Shown one piece after another: positions 37,501 to 46,296 of a stretch of 50,988 nucleotides of DNA (the first letter of the stretch is position 1; every line of letters starts with the position of its first letter). The stretch comes from a virus (Duplodnaviria > Caudoviricetes), in the IMG/VR virus record IMGVR_UViG_3300023442_000003, positions 1 to 50,988 of that record. The stretch is one strand, 5' to 3'. Both the position numbers and the translations under genes were made by a program. The notes below the pieces were generated by a model, which saw nothing but the letters and a program-made list of their open reading frames with translations, made no database searches and was not told where the DNA came from.

Positions 37501-40500
37501 TTCCGTCAGGTGCGGCAGCGCGGGGAACTTCTCCGTGCGCTCTTCGAGGAACACACCGCTGTCGATGCGCATGGCGTAGTCCGTCCTTATGGCCGCTTTC
37601 TCGGACGGGGATGCCGCCTTGGCGATGGCGGCATCCCGCGCGGCTTCCAGCTTGGCCGTAAGCTCTGGAGTCAACGGCGCTTCGTCGAATACGGTGTAGG
37701 TGAACCCCTTGCGGAAGTCTTCCAAGGCCATGTGCCCTGCCTGCTGCAATTTCTTGAGGTACGCGGCGTTCTCCACGATCTTGCCGTCTACGAGGTCTAT
37801 GAGCTTTGGCTTCTTCGCGGACGTGTCCGGCGTGTATCGGGATACCGCCAGCCGTTGCCCGGCGTACAACATGCTGTCCAGCAGTTTTTTCTGGGTAGTT
37901 GTTACGCCGTCGCCGATCTTGACAAGTTTCAGGTCGAGCTGCGGATTGAGGTACCCAGCCAGTGCTTCGTTCGCCTTCGTCTTGGTGCTCATGGCCTGCC
38001 GGTTTGCCGACATGATGATGTCGTAGTACCTGCTCAGGCCGGGGTTCTCCTTGGCGCGGTAGTTCGTCAGTGCGAATGCGTGCGATTTCATGCGGTCCAG
38101 CAAGTCTGTGACATTGTGGAAGCTGGAGAGGAGGTTGTCCTTGGACAGCGGTGGGAGCTTGCCGTTCATCAGCCCCGTGGCAAACCCCAGTTCGTGCAGG
38201 GAATTTGCCGGCATGTACCGACCGACAGCAGCCTCCGTGGCGGCCCCGGTCTCCATGTCATGCAGAGACCGCGCAATTGCCACGTTGTCGAACATGGCCC
38301 CGATGCCCCCATTGCGGACATAACGCCGCGCATGGCTTACAAGGTACCGCGCAGCATCGTCGGAGAATCCGAAACCCGCCCGGTTGAGCGCGGTCTTGAG
38401 CGCAGCCCATATGCGCGCCAGCAGACTGCTGTCCAGCGCAGCGGCGAAGTCCGCCAGATACTCTTCGACGGCCTCCGGGCGGCTCATGCCCGCTGTCTCC
38501 ACTGCTGCGTCTGCTGCGTGCCGGATAGCCGGGCTGCCGTCGTATATTTCTTGCATCATCGTGTTGAACTTCGTCGCCGGGATGACGCCCCGCAGGCCAA
38601 AATGCCCAATGGTTTCATGCGCCAGAACGGCCCGGGCGTGGGCTTCATCGGCGATGTTGTCGGTAAACAGGAACACATGCCCGTCACCGAAGGAATAGCC
38701 CGCTGCCTTGGACGCAGCAAAGTCTCCCTGCGGGCGTGCGGCGTTCGCCGCCTTGTACAGATGCGGGTCTTTCTTTCTCAGATGCGCCACGTTTCGGTAC
38801 AGCCGTACTTTCGGTCTGCGGGCCAGCTTCTTGATGTATCGGCCTACGACAAGGCGTGCTCTGCCCATCTTGATGGGGCTGCTGATGTCGTTATACGAGT
38901 CGAGCTTGTTGCGCCCCGTATCTTTGCTCACCACAGGCCGTATGCCGTTGGCGTCCCGTGCGCCCCGGTGGAAAAACTCCGGGTTTTCCGGCGAGAGCAA
39001 CGCGCTCATAGGCCCATCACCGTACTGTGGGTTGCTGTCTTTTATGCGCCGCCATGCGTCGCGCAGGGCTGAGCGCGCCTTGGCGGACAGGTTGCGGGTC
39101 TTGCCCGCGTTTATTGCGTCGATGGTGCTGGCAATCAATTCGTAGTCGAACCCCGGCGCCAACCTCCGCGTATCGCGCATGGCAGCCTCGGCTGCGTGTG
39201 CGTCCTCCCGCCGCAGTTCGTACAGGGCCTCGGCGTCTCGAACTTGCGCTGCACCGTTGGGGTCGTTCTGCACGCTCACGAGGAACTCCTTGGCGTGCAG
39301 ACGCACGGCATTGTCACCCATCTTGCTCCAGAAAATAACTTCCTCCAGTGCATGGACGGCGCGCTTGGACGTATTTGCCACTTCGGCTTGCCCGATTGCT
39401 TCGTCGAGAAACTCCCTGTCAGTCAGCGGCGCCTCCGGCCCACCAGCCTGTTTGCGGCGCGCGGCCAGCTGGCGCTGAGTATCCAGCTTGGCCCTGTATT
39501 CGGCCAGCGCCGTTTTCGGCGGCAGGAGTACGCGGCGTTCGGGCTTACTTGCGCCCGCGTTTGGTACGGGCTTTTTTGCCGTGCCTTTCGCAGGCTGCGC
39601 CTCCGGTGGCAAGGTACCCTCGGTGGCAAGGCGCGCAACTTCGGCCTTTGCTTCGGCCAATGTATTTCCGAGGTACCCATTACCTAGCGGCCCCGTGAAG
39701 TTCGGCTCCGGCGTAAACCCTTCGAGATACCAGCCGGGAACCCGGTTGGCCTGCGCTGCTGCCTCCCGCCTGATTGCTACGGTCTTACCGTCGGACAGCG
39801 TAAGGATGTGGTCTGACCCTTCGTTCACACCGAGGGAACGCCGCTTGCTGCCCACGACCGTAACTGGCGACTTCGGCGTGGCTTTCAGCTTGGCTGCCTT
39901 CGGTGCCTTGGGCTTCAGCGTGGCTTTCAGCTTGGCTGCCTTCGGTGCCTTGGGCTTCGGCGTGGCTTTCAGCTTGGCTGCCTTCGGTGCGAACGCTTTC
40001 TCCAACCGAGCTTTCGTTGCTGCCGGGTTCTCGTTGTTGGCGACTGCCAGACTGGGGTTTGGTTGCGTCGGTGACGGCAGGATCGTTGGCTGGTCCAGCA
40101 GGGGCTGCGCTTTGCCCGGTCGCACGCGGCGTTTCAGTTTTTTGAACAGCGCCTCGTCAGCGGAGCCACCAGCGACGGCCTGCGTCCAGTCCAGCCGCGC
40201 TTTTGGGGTCAGCCTGTCGAATGTAACCCGCGACTCCGGCGGGCGCATCTGTTCCCACGCGGCCTCTGCTTGCAGCAGCGCATCGCGGGCCTGCTGTTGG
40301 GCCTGCTGTTGAGCCTGCTCGAACTCCTGCTGCCGGCGCGCGGCGATCTCGGCGGCCTGCTGCTGCGCGTGCTGGTCTTGCGCAGTTGCTATCTCCTGCG
40401 CCTTGCGCATCTCAGCCTGCCGCGCCAGCAACGGGGTAAGCTGGTCTGCGATAGCCGTGCTTGTCTGTGTAGCCGGCGCGGCAGCGAAGGTATTTATGGG

Positions 40501-42099
40501 CAGCTCCGGTTGAGCAGGGCCGGGTTGCATCACAGGCGCCACCGGGGCAGGCTGTGCCGCGCGCTGGCCCATCTCGCTGGCGCGGAACATTTCAGATTGC
40601 AGGGGCAACGAAGGCTGCGTTTGTCCTGCTACAGGCGCCAGTGCCCCATCTGCTGCCGGGGCAGGCTGCGTGGCGCGCTGGCCCATCTCGCTGGCGCGAA
40701 ACATCTCGGATTGCAGCGGCGGCGTAATCAATGCGGAGTCCGACTGTGAGACGGGGCGGCCCGCTCTGACGGTGGGAGCGGCGTTCACAGGTGGCGGAGT
40801 AACCAAGGCCGGCGGAGGCAGTAGCCCGGCAGGGCGCGGCGTAGCATCCGCCAAGGGCAATGGGGCCGCCGCTGTCTGTGTCTCTACCCCGTTGAGCAGG
40901 TCAACAGGCGCAGTGGTGTCTGTATTACGTTTTGGCCTCGGCGGCGCGTCTGGCACGCCTGTTGCATCCTGCGAGGCCCCCTGTACATGCACAGCGCCCA
41001 AGGGAGCGCCAAGAGCAAAGCCCGCGCCGAATGCCACGAGGGCGTCGGTGCCGTATCGCTGTGCGACGAGCGGTGCCAGCGCGGCAATGTCCGCGTCGTT
41101 CAGCTTTGCTCGCAGCTCCGGGTCGAACATGATCTGGTCGGTGACCTGCGCAATGGCCTCGGATGACCCTTCGAGGGCGCCTGTGCCTACGCCGCGCGCA
41201 ATGCGCCCGCCCATCGTGCGCTTGACTGCATCGCCCACAACCCCGCGCAGGGCAGGCGAAAACCCGCGTGCAATGATCGTTGGGCCGACAGTCTGTATGC
41301 CAGTATTGAAGATCGACGTCAGGAGTATGTCGGTCTGCACGGATGGATCAGACGTATCATGCCCGTTCTGCTCTGCGACATCCCACGCCTGCTGCAACTC
41401 CAGTGGCAGTATGGAAGCCGCCACCCCGGCAACAGCCCCGACAGGACCACCGAACGCTCCGCCTGCCAAGCCCCCGCCTACGGCGGCCCCAATGGATGGG
41501 ATACTCTGGAGGGTCGCTGTGGCGATCTTGCCCGCCAGCCCCTGCCCTTTGGAGACGGCCCCCAGTCGAGCTTCTTGCGAGGGGCTGAGGCCGATGTGCT
41601 TGTCGGCGAAGTCCGCAATGGCGCCACCGAGCTTGTCCGCTCCGGCCAGCTGCAACCCTCGGCCAACTCCGCCGACAAGCCCTTCTCCGAGAGACTGCGC
41701 GCCTGCTGCGATGTTCCCCGTCACGCTCAGCGGCGTGGCGAAGCTGCGCAGGTATGTATCGTACCCCGCCGGATCGACACGCAGCCAGTCGCTTGCTATG
41801 CCCGTCGGCGGCGGAGCCTTGCGGCTGGCGAATGCTGGCGATTGCAGCGCCGCTGCCGCGTCGTTCTGGTCGAACACGGTGCCACCGACCGCCATCTTGC
41901 CTGTGGACGGGCTGAAAAAAATATCTGGTGCCGCAGGCGCCGCTGCGGCGGGCGGCGCGGCAGGCGCGGAAAGCACCGGCGGTGTCTGGAATGGCTGGGT
42001 GCTAAGCACCGCCGCGTCGGCAGCGGGGAACTGAAGTCCAGCAACGCCAGTAGTCGGAGTTTTTGGTAGCCGCAAAGGGCGCAGATCGGCGGTGGTCAT
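34552..42099 (-). CDS. Giant internal virion / DNA-ejection protein with metallopeptidase-like motif (~2515 aa)
   Basis: ATG 42099 overlaps the upstream stop. Gly/Ala-rich N-terminus, HETIGH (HExxxH)...EEYLA, and a G..GLPF C-terminal region; last gene of the virion block. Confidence 0.75.
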   Translation of the reverse strand: MTTADLRPLRLPKTPTTGVAGLQFPAADAAVLSTQPFQTPPVLSAPAAPPAAAAPAAPDIFFSPSTGKMAVGGTVFDQNDAAAALQSPAFASRKAPPPTGIASDWLRVDPAGYDTYLRSFATPLSVTGNIAAGAQSLGEGLVGGVGRGLQLAGADKLGGAIADFADKHIGLSPSQEARLGAVSKGQGLAGKIATATLQSIPSIGAAVGGGLAGGAFGGPVGAVAGVAASILPLELQQAWDVAEQNGHDTSDPSVQTDILLTSIFNTGIQTVGPTIIARGFSPALRGVVGDAVKRTMGGRIARGVGTGALEGSSEAIAQVTDQIMFDPELRAKLNDADIAALAPLVAQRYGTDALVAFGAGFALGAPLGAVHVQGASQDATGVPDAPPRPKRNTDTTAPVDLLNGVETQTAAAPLPLADATPRPAGLLPPPALVTPPPVNAAPTVRAGRPVSQSDSALITPPLQSEMFRASEMGQRATQPAPAADGALAPVAGQTQPSLPLQSEMFRASEMGQRAAQPAPVAPVMQPGPAQPELPINTFAAAPATQTSTAIADQLTPLLARQAEMRKAQEIATAQDQHAQQQAAEIAARRQQEFEQAQQQAQQQARDALLQAEAAWEQMRPPESRVTFDRLTPKARLDWTQAVAGGSADEALFKKLKRRVRPGKAQPLLDQPTILPSPTQPNPSLAVANNENPAATKARLEKAFAPKAAKLKATPKPKAPKAAKLKATLKPKAPKAAKLKATPKSPVTVVGSKRRSLGVNEGSDHILTLSDGKTVAIRREAAAQANRVPGWYLEGFTPEPNFTGPLGNGYLGNTLAEAKAEVARLATEGTLPPEAQPAKGTAKKPVPNAGASKPERRVLLPPKTALAEYRAKLDTQRQLAARRKQAGGPEAPLTDREFLDEAIGQAEVANTSKRAVHALEEVIFWSKMGDNAVRLHAKEFLVSVQNDPNGAAQVRDAEALYELRREDAHAAEAAMRDTRRLAPGFDYELIASTIDAINAGKTRNLSAKARSALRDAWRRIKDSNPQYGDGPMSALLSPENPEFFHRGARDANGIRPVVSKDTGRNKLDSYNDISSPIKMGRARLVVGRYIKKLARRPKVRLYRNVAHLRKKDPHLYKAANAARPQGDFAASKAAGYSFGDGHVFLFTDNIADEAHARAVLAHETIGHFGLRGVIPATKFNTMMQEIYDGSPAIRHAADAAVETAGMSRPEAVEEYLADFAAALDSSLLARIWAALKTALNRAGFGFSDDAARYLVSHARRYVRNGGIGAMFDNVAIARSLHDMETGAATEAAVGRYMPANSLHELGFATGLMNGKLPPLSKDNLLSSFHNVTDLLDRMKSHAFALTNYRAKENPGLSRYYDIIMSANRQAMSTKTKANEALAGYLNPQLDLKLVKIGDGVTTTQKKLLDSMLYAGQRLAVSRYTPDTSAKKPKLIDLVDGKIVENAAYLKKLQQAGHMALEDFRKGFTYTVFDEAPLTPELTAKLEAARDAAIAKAASPSEKAAIRTDYAMRIDSGVFLEERTEKFPALPHLTEKSLEWKFYKRAREQMDKVEMDLLRAKYIAHLKVTDTQLLEINDAMGGAMTPEDRAFLLDMNSVYRDLYNAGSQVASDGQIIVDTAALDRANQFLADLNAALIATRGSDRNAKVKGWFTGKRADEVAANIEQFKTRFHPSEDQKFVIQNKMKELAVSEISRNDGSQRTEQSIATGYVPVLREGRIQVRMVAIDPATGKELRMKDSFSQQLSYHQVDTVGEAATLRDKINEVFGGTDNTYQVAVWDGDMRGYRVRDVHIKAVADHAVTLEAAPPQLNLNEFLIGLRRFSIPIPPKKMEELVITMTRQNSRARNRLMRAFQPGASPNAAKAISGHIESRAATIAKTIIRPDLDQLMNMSLSASRRLWNANDTELLGRLKASHAALSADPNASESARVEAKRALRTYQFQQKRTARPGTGGVSMAQRYYAEAARSLAFMESQRNLDESDFGSGAVASAVRGAASAAQLGGSIATGSLNVVSVITNTVPYLASYNGARAFGGGFNYGPTITALFRAMRTVGTVGMVNAKANTARYYFALAEDSAGLKKADLTADEALFLAHEIEEGIAIPALSNALIASARGRMTNVALQKFLDFWLLPFNRTEQASRRAVLLASYRLQFDRARQAGQPMDIAMARARKFAVTTVEDTLGEYAVSNRPALWRGGVQQFMYMYKIYPTMTVHLLRNLPRKSQLIFLGGMLGLSGVAGLPFAQDMEDVVDTLAARLGLKTPSIRLKIAEAMDSVVPGWSSILTSGAINTVLPGDFGARTSLGDMFPGTGMFLPNADTWREGLAVAGPAAGAIAGLLTSGTEAAQWAAHAVGLTQRPASLLTAARKSPVTMVRAWADAYAYHETGAVVDKRGYHVTQDASAAVIMARALGFYPSAAAQQYGVIRVAQRLSNYQRDTAATFYNAYVQASLRGDTAAMVRIVREVHAWNKEARGTGLEVRNFQKNAAARVRAAKQTVSARTLKYSPKSTRAQYERAATLLGY

Positions 42100-43883
42100 G
42101 GCGCCGCTCCCGGCCTGAGAATCTGTACGCGTCGCCGCGCCGTGGGCAACCCGGGCGCGGCGTCCGGGATGGCTTCCCAATAGTGCAACTCATTGTTTCC
42201 AGTGACACTGTTGTATACAAGGACCGCCGGGCCGGAAATACCGAAGTCGCCCAAGTCCCCCGCCGCGTATTTTTGCAGCACTTGCAAGCCGCCGCTCAGC
42301 CCGAGGTCGGCGGCGGCGCGCGCGGCCTCTTTGCCTTGCGCCTTACTATTTGCAGTGGCCACCTCGGCCACTTGGTCCCTGTAGGCACTGTCGAAGAACT
42401 CACGCGCCATGTTCGCCAGTGCGTCCTTGCTCAGCTTTTGCATGTCTCGAGGACCAAGTGCGCCGTTAACATACAGGTCGTAAGTACCGTCGCCCCGGAG
42501 CACCGGTGTAACTTCGGAGCCGTAGTAGTGAGTGAGTACGCGCCCAAGGCGGGTAGCACTGCCAAGGGCGAGGTCGTTCACGGCCTGCATACCTTCCAGA
42601 TAAGTCAGCGTGGCATCCAGTTTCTGGATCGTGGTTGCATACTGCTGCGCGCGCTTTGTATCCCCCGATGCTACGGACTGGTTATACGCGGCTGTGAGTC
42701 GCTGGCGCTGCGTAATCGCGTTGACCAGCTCACCATTCAGGCGGGGCATGTCCCGGATAAGCACCTTTGACGGCGTAACGACACGCCCGCTTTCCGGCGG
42801 GGCGGCCACAACGGTGTCCACTGGCGACGCGTCTGTCTTGCCCCGCACACCCGCCTTTGGGCCCGCCGCTGTGGCAGCAGGCGGCGATTTCGCGCCAAGC
42901 TCCGGCCCCTCCAGCGCAAATACCCCGCGCGGAGCCGGGGCCTTGGGCCGCGTCGTATCCTTGGTCGCTACGGTAAATTCGGTCAGCGCGTTGTTCAGCA
43001 GTCGCTCAGCCTTGACAGTATCCGCGAGTGCCCCAGCGTCGCCAGCATCGTAGCGCTGTTGCGCCAGCTCTGCGGCGTGCTGGAGGCCCGGAATGCTCGC
43101 ATTAAGCTGCTGCGCGTAGATGGCACGAACTTGGCTTTCCAGCTTGCGGCGCTGCGCAGGCTTGGCGTTCTGGAACTCCGACGGCAGGGTGACGGCCCCG
43201 GTAGCAGGGTCATACTGCGCGATGAGGCCACTCAACCCCGGCGCTGCCACAGGTACAGTTGCGCCACCGCCTGCTACTGGCTCTGGCATGGCGGTAAACC
43301 CCGCGCGGGACGCCGCCAGACCCGCCCGCGTCGCCATGGCATCCGCTTGCGAAAGGTGCGTAGACAGCCCCGGTGCGGGCGCCGTTGGTGCCGCAGGCGC
43401 AGGTGGCGCCGTGGGAAGCCCCGGTCGGGCGGGGAATGTACTCACAGGCGCGCTGGCAGCCGGCGCGACGGCGGGCGCCCCCACAGGGGTACCGACAGGG
43501 AAGGCCGGCAGTGGCGGCGGGGCGCCTGTTACCGGCGTACCGAGAGCAAACCCGACCGGGGAGAACCCGAGCGGCGCCGGTCCCGCAGCCGGTGCAGCGG
43601 CGGGCGCGGTGTTCAGCCCGATAACATCCGGCATGGCGCCAAGGGGCGGCGGGGGTGTGCTCGCCTTGCCCCTGCCACGCGCAGCGGCTTTGGCCATGCG
43701 GAGACGCTCGGCCTGTATGGCCATGTTCTGACGTATCTGCGCGGCAGCCAGCTTGTCCTTCTCGCGCTGGCGCAGCGTTTCGTCAAGCCCGGCCAGCGCG
43801 TCAGCCGGGCCGGGGCCGGGGACAGCCCTAAGCCCCCCGAGGATGTTGACCCCACGACGAACACTGGTGGCGGACAGGACCAT
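42096..43883 (-). CDS. Internal virion protein (Pro/Ala-rich)
   Basis: AGGAG RBS; ejection-protein position. Confidence 0.6.
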   Translation of the reverse strand: MVLSATSVRRGVNILGGLRAVPGPGPADALAGLDETLRQREKDKLAAAQIRQNMAIQAERLRMAKAAARGRGKASTPPPPLGAMPDVIGLNTAPAAAPAAGPAPLGFSPVGFALGTPVTGAPPPLPAFPVGTPVGAPAVAPAASAPVSTFPARPGLPTAPPAPAAPTAPAPGLSTHLSQADAMATRAGLAASRAGFTAMPEPVAGGGATVPVAAPGLSGLIAQYDPATGAVTLPSEFQNAKPAQRRKLESQVRAIYAQQLNASIPGLQHAAELAQQRYDAGDAGALADTVKAERLLNNALTEFTVATKDTTRPKAPAPRGVFALEGPELGAKSPPAATAAGPKAGVRGKTDASPVDTVVAAPPESGRVVTPSKVLIRDMPRLNGELVNAITQRQRLTAAYNQSVASGDTKRAQQYATTIQKLDATLTYLEGMQAVNDLALGSATRLGRVLTHYYGSEVTPVLRGDGTYDLYVNGALGPRDMQKLSKDALANMAREFFDSAYRDQVAEVATANSKAQGKEAARAAADLGLSGGLQVLQKYAAGDLGDFGISGPAVLVYNSVTGNNELHYWEAIPDAAPGLPTARRRVQILRPGAAP

Positions 43884-43892
43884 GGTTGTCTC

Positions 43893-44876
43893 CTAAGCGA
43901 TGCTGCCGAACAGGCTGGGTGCGACCAAGCCTGCGGATTGCACGAAGTCGTGCTGCGCCTGTCGCCGACGCGCGGCGAGGTCATTGTACAGCGGAAGTAG
44001 CCGCCCGGCGACGCCCTCGGGCGCGTTCTGTGGCAGGGCGTTCAGCCCGGCCTGCGTGAGGTTTGCCTGCGCGGCGCTGCCGCGCGCGTAGTCGGCAGCG
44101 GCAGCGGTCGCGCCCGTCTGCGAACTGCGGATTCCCGCCCGGCGCTGGGCAAAGGCTGTCTCGGGTGCGCTCAGTCCCCGCGTACTGTCAGCAAGCTGGC
44201 GCTCGGTAGCAATCTTGGTGCGCGCAAAAGCCTGCTCCGGGTTGGGCGCCTGTTGCGCGGCCTGTTGCAGCAGCCCGTGCGCGGCAGCCACCTGCTCGTC
44301 GAGTAGTCGCCTGTCCGTGGACGCCAAGCGCGCAAGTTCCGTCTTGCGCTGTCCGATGAGCGCGCGTTCCTCTGCGCTGAGGCCATCCAGATTCGGGTTC
44401 TGCGCCGCCGCCAACAGCGTTATACGCGCCAAGGACTGCGGACTGGCCAAGGACGCCAGCGTGCTTTTCAGCGCCCCGCCAAAGCTCACAGGCGCTGCTG
44501 CTGCGGTCGCAGCAGCCGGGGCGGCAGCGACAGCGGGAGCCACCGGCGCAGCAGTAGCCGCCGTAGGCACGGCCAACCCGGCACCCGTGGCTCCCGCAGC
44601 GGGTGCAGCACCCGTAGCGCCCGTCGTTGCCGCTGTCGTACCGCCGAACAGGGAGCCGAACCCGCCTTGCAGCCCGAAAGTCCCCACGCCGCCCAAGGCC
44701 GCGCCGAGCAGTGGGTTCTGCCCGGTTGCGGCGGCGCTTGCCGCGCCAAGTCCGGCGCCCACAAGAGAAGTCCCGAGCGTCGAGGTTACGCCGAGCACAC
44801 CCGCCACCGCCGGGGCAAGGAAAGGCACCGCGACCGCAGCCACTACCCCCAGAACACGCTTTACACCCTTGGACAT
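43893..44876 (-). CDS. Internal virion / pilot protein
   Basis: Gly/Ala-rich hydrophobic N-terminus followed by a Gln/Ala helical region. Confidence 0.62.
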   Translation of the reverse strand: MSKGVKRVLGVVAAVAVPFLAPAVAGVLGVTSTLGTSLVGAGLGAASAAATGQNPLLGAALGGVGTFGLQGGFGSLFGGTTAATTGATGAAPAAGATGAGLAVPTAATAAPVAPAVAAAPAAATAAAAPVSFGGALKSTLASLASPQSLARITLLAAAQNPNLDGLSAEERALIGQRKTELARLASTDRRLLDEQVAAAHGLLQQAAQQAPNPEQAFARTKIATERQLADSTRGLSAPETAFAQRRAGIRSSQTGATAAAADYARGSAAQANLTQAGLNALPQNAPEGVAGRLLPLYNDLAARRRQAQHDFVQSAGLVAPSLFGSIA

Positions 44877-44885
44877 GCTGCCCCC

Positions 44886-45308
44886 CTATAGCTCCATGCG
44901 CATATACACGCACGATCTGTCAAACCCGAACTTGTTTCTGTACACCTCGGCCAGCCGCTCGGTGGCATAGGCATCGAGAAATACACAGCCGTTAGCCCGC
45001 AGCCAGTCAAGAATGACCGGCCAGTATGCCGCCTTGAACCGCAGCAGATGTTGTCCGCCCATGGCCACTACGTCTGCCCCTTTACGACCATTCGTGGTAT
45101 GGAATTGCAAGACCAGCACAAAGGCTAGTTCGCCCTGTAATCGCCCTGCAAACACCGCACATAGGCCGGCCAGCGCCATGGCGCGTATATCTGCCGGCGA
45201 TATGTCACCTGCGCCGACTTCATTACTTGCGCACGATGCCGCAAGGAGTGGCTCCAGCTCGGGCCACTCCGTGTCCACATCCTCCGCGCCCAGCATGGCG
45301 ATTGCCAT
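44886..45308 (-). CDS. GNAT-like small protein (T7 gp13-like position)
   Basis: V...WP.L..LL, W.R.NGC and Y..K.GF pattern; located upstream of the ejection proteins. Confidence 0.5.
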   Translation of the reverse strand: MAIAMLGAEDVDTEWPELEPLLAASCASNEVGAGDISPADIRAMALAGLCAVFAGRLQGELAFVLVLQFHTTNGRKGADVVAMGGQHLLRFKAAYWPVILDWLRANGCVFLDAYATERLAEVYRNKFGFDRSCVYMRMEL

Positions 45309-45309
45309 A

Positions 45310-45945
45310 TCACTTTTTCTGGGCCGGGTCATATTGCGCGAGCAGCTTGTCAAAGAACTCCCGCCCCTTCATGTCAACGACGTGCTTGGGCACGACATAC
45401 TCGCCCGTGTGGGCCTTTATGGGCACGGGGCGGCTTACCCCGACGTTGGGACCGACCGGGCCGCCGTCCTGCATGGACGGCCCCTGTGCGTCCTGTGGCG
45501 GCCCGGCTTCCTGCGCCCCCTGTGCAGCGCGCGCCGCGATGAGGACTGCGATAACCAGCCCTTGGTCGTATTGCGCGGGCAGGTCTTGCTCGGTCGCAAT
45601 GCCCTGTTGGATGACAAACTGCCTGATCTGCGGGTACAGCCCCGGGTCACGCAGGACCGTAGTCGCCAATTGTGCCAACATGTTCAACTCACTCAGGGTG
45701 AGTTCGCCGCTTTGCACGGCGCTGTCAATCTCTTGTCGTATCTGCGCGACCTGCTCCGGGTGGTCCGCCGCGAACTTGGCAACGCTGTCCGTCACCACCC
45801 CGACGTCCAGCGGCTGGCCCCTGCCCTGCAACCCGGCAGCGGTGTTCTGCGGTAGTGCAGCAGGCGCAGCAGGCGCGACAGGAGCAGGTGTGAACGGCGC
45901 CATCGGTGCGGCGGGTGGGCGATTGGCTATAAGCGGGTTGGGCAT
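45310..45945 (-). CDS. Virion-associated hypothetical protein
   Basis: GAGG RBS; C-terminal DGG.V...H.GEYVVP..VV..KG..FF motif common in podovirus internal proteins. Confidence 0.6.
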   Translation of the reverse strand: MPNPLIANRPPAAPMAPFTPAPVAPAAPAALPQNTAAGLQGRGQPLDVGVVTDSVAKFAADHPEQVAQIRQEIDSAVQSGELTLSELNMLAQLATTVLRDPGLYPQIRQFVIQQGIATEQDLPAQYDQGLVIAVLIAARAAQGAQEAGPPQDAQGPSMQDGGPVGPNVGVSRPVPIKAHTGEYVVPKHVVDMKGREFFDKLLAQYDPAQKK

Positions 45946-45947
45946 CG

Positions 45948-46295
45948 CTAACCTCTCAACTGCGTGATGAGTGCCTCAACGGTGGCACGCAGGTTGGCAA
46001 CGTCGTTCGCCAGTGTCTGTGTGTCCACCATAAGCCTTACATAGTCTTCAAGCAATGGCATATTGGCCCCGCTGATGGTCACGCCACTGCCATGGGCGCT
46101 GATATTGGTGAGCACCTGTGCCGGCGGGGTAGTTACGGTTATGCTCGACCGGCTTATCGCGGAACTGGCAAGGTCGGTCTCCCCGCGCGTCCCTGTCAAC
46201 AACTCTACATTTTCCTTGAGGGCGCTGAGTACACGCGACTGCCACTCTGGCAGGCCCGACTGCGGGATTGCCGGTACTGCTGTATAACGCGCCAT
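45948..46295 (-). CDS. Tail-associated hypothetical protein
   Basis: AGGAG RBS; LKENVELLTG.RG motif; follows the nozzle gene. Confidence 0.6.
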   Translation of the reverse strand: MARYTAVPAIPQSGLPEWQSRVLSALKENVELLTGTRGETDLASSAISRSSITVTTPPAQVLTNISAHGSGVTISGANMPLLEDYVRLMVDTQTLANDVANLRATVEALITQLRG

Positions 46296-46296
46296 G

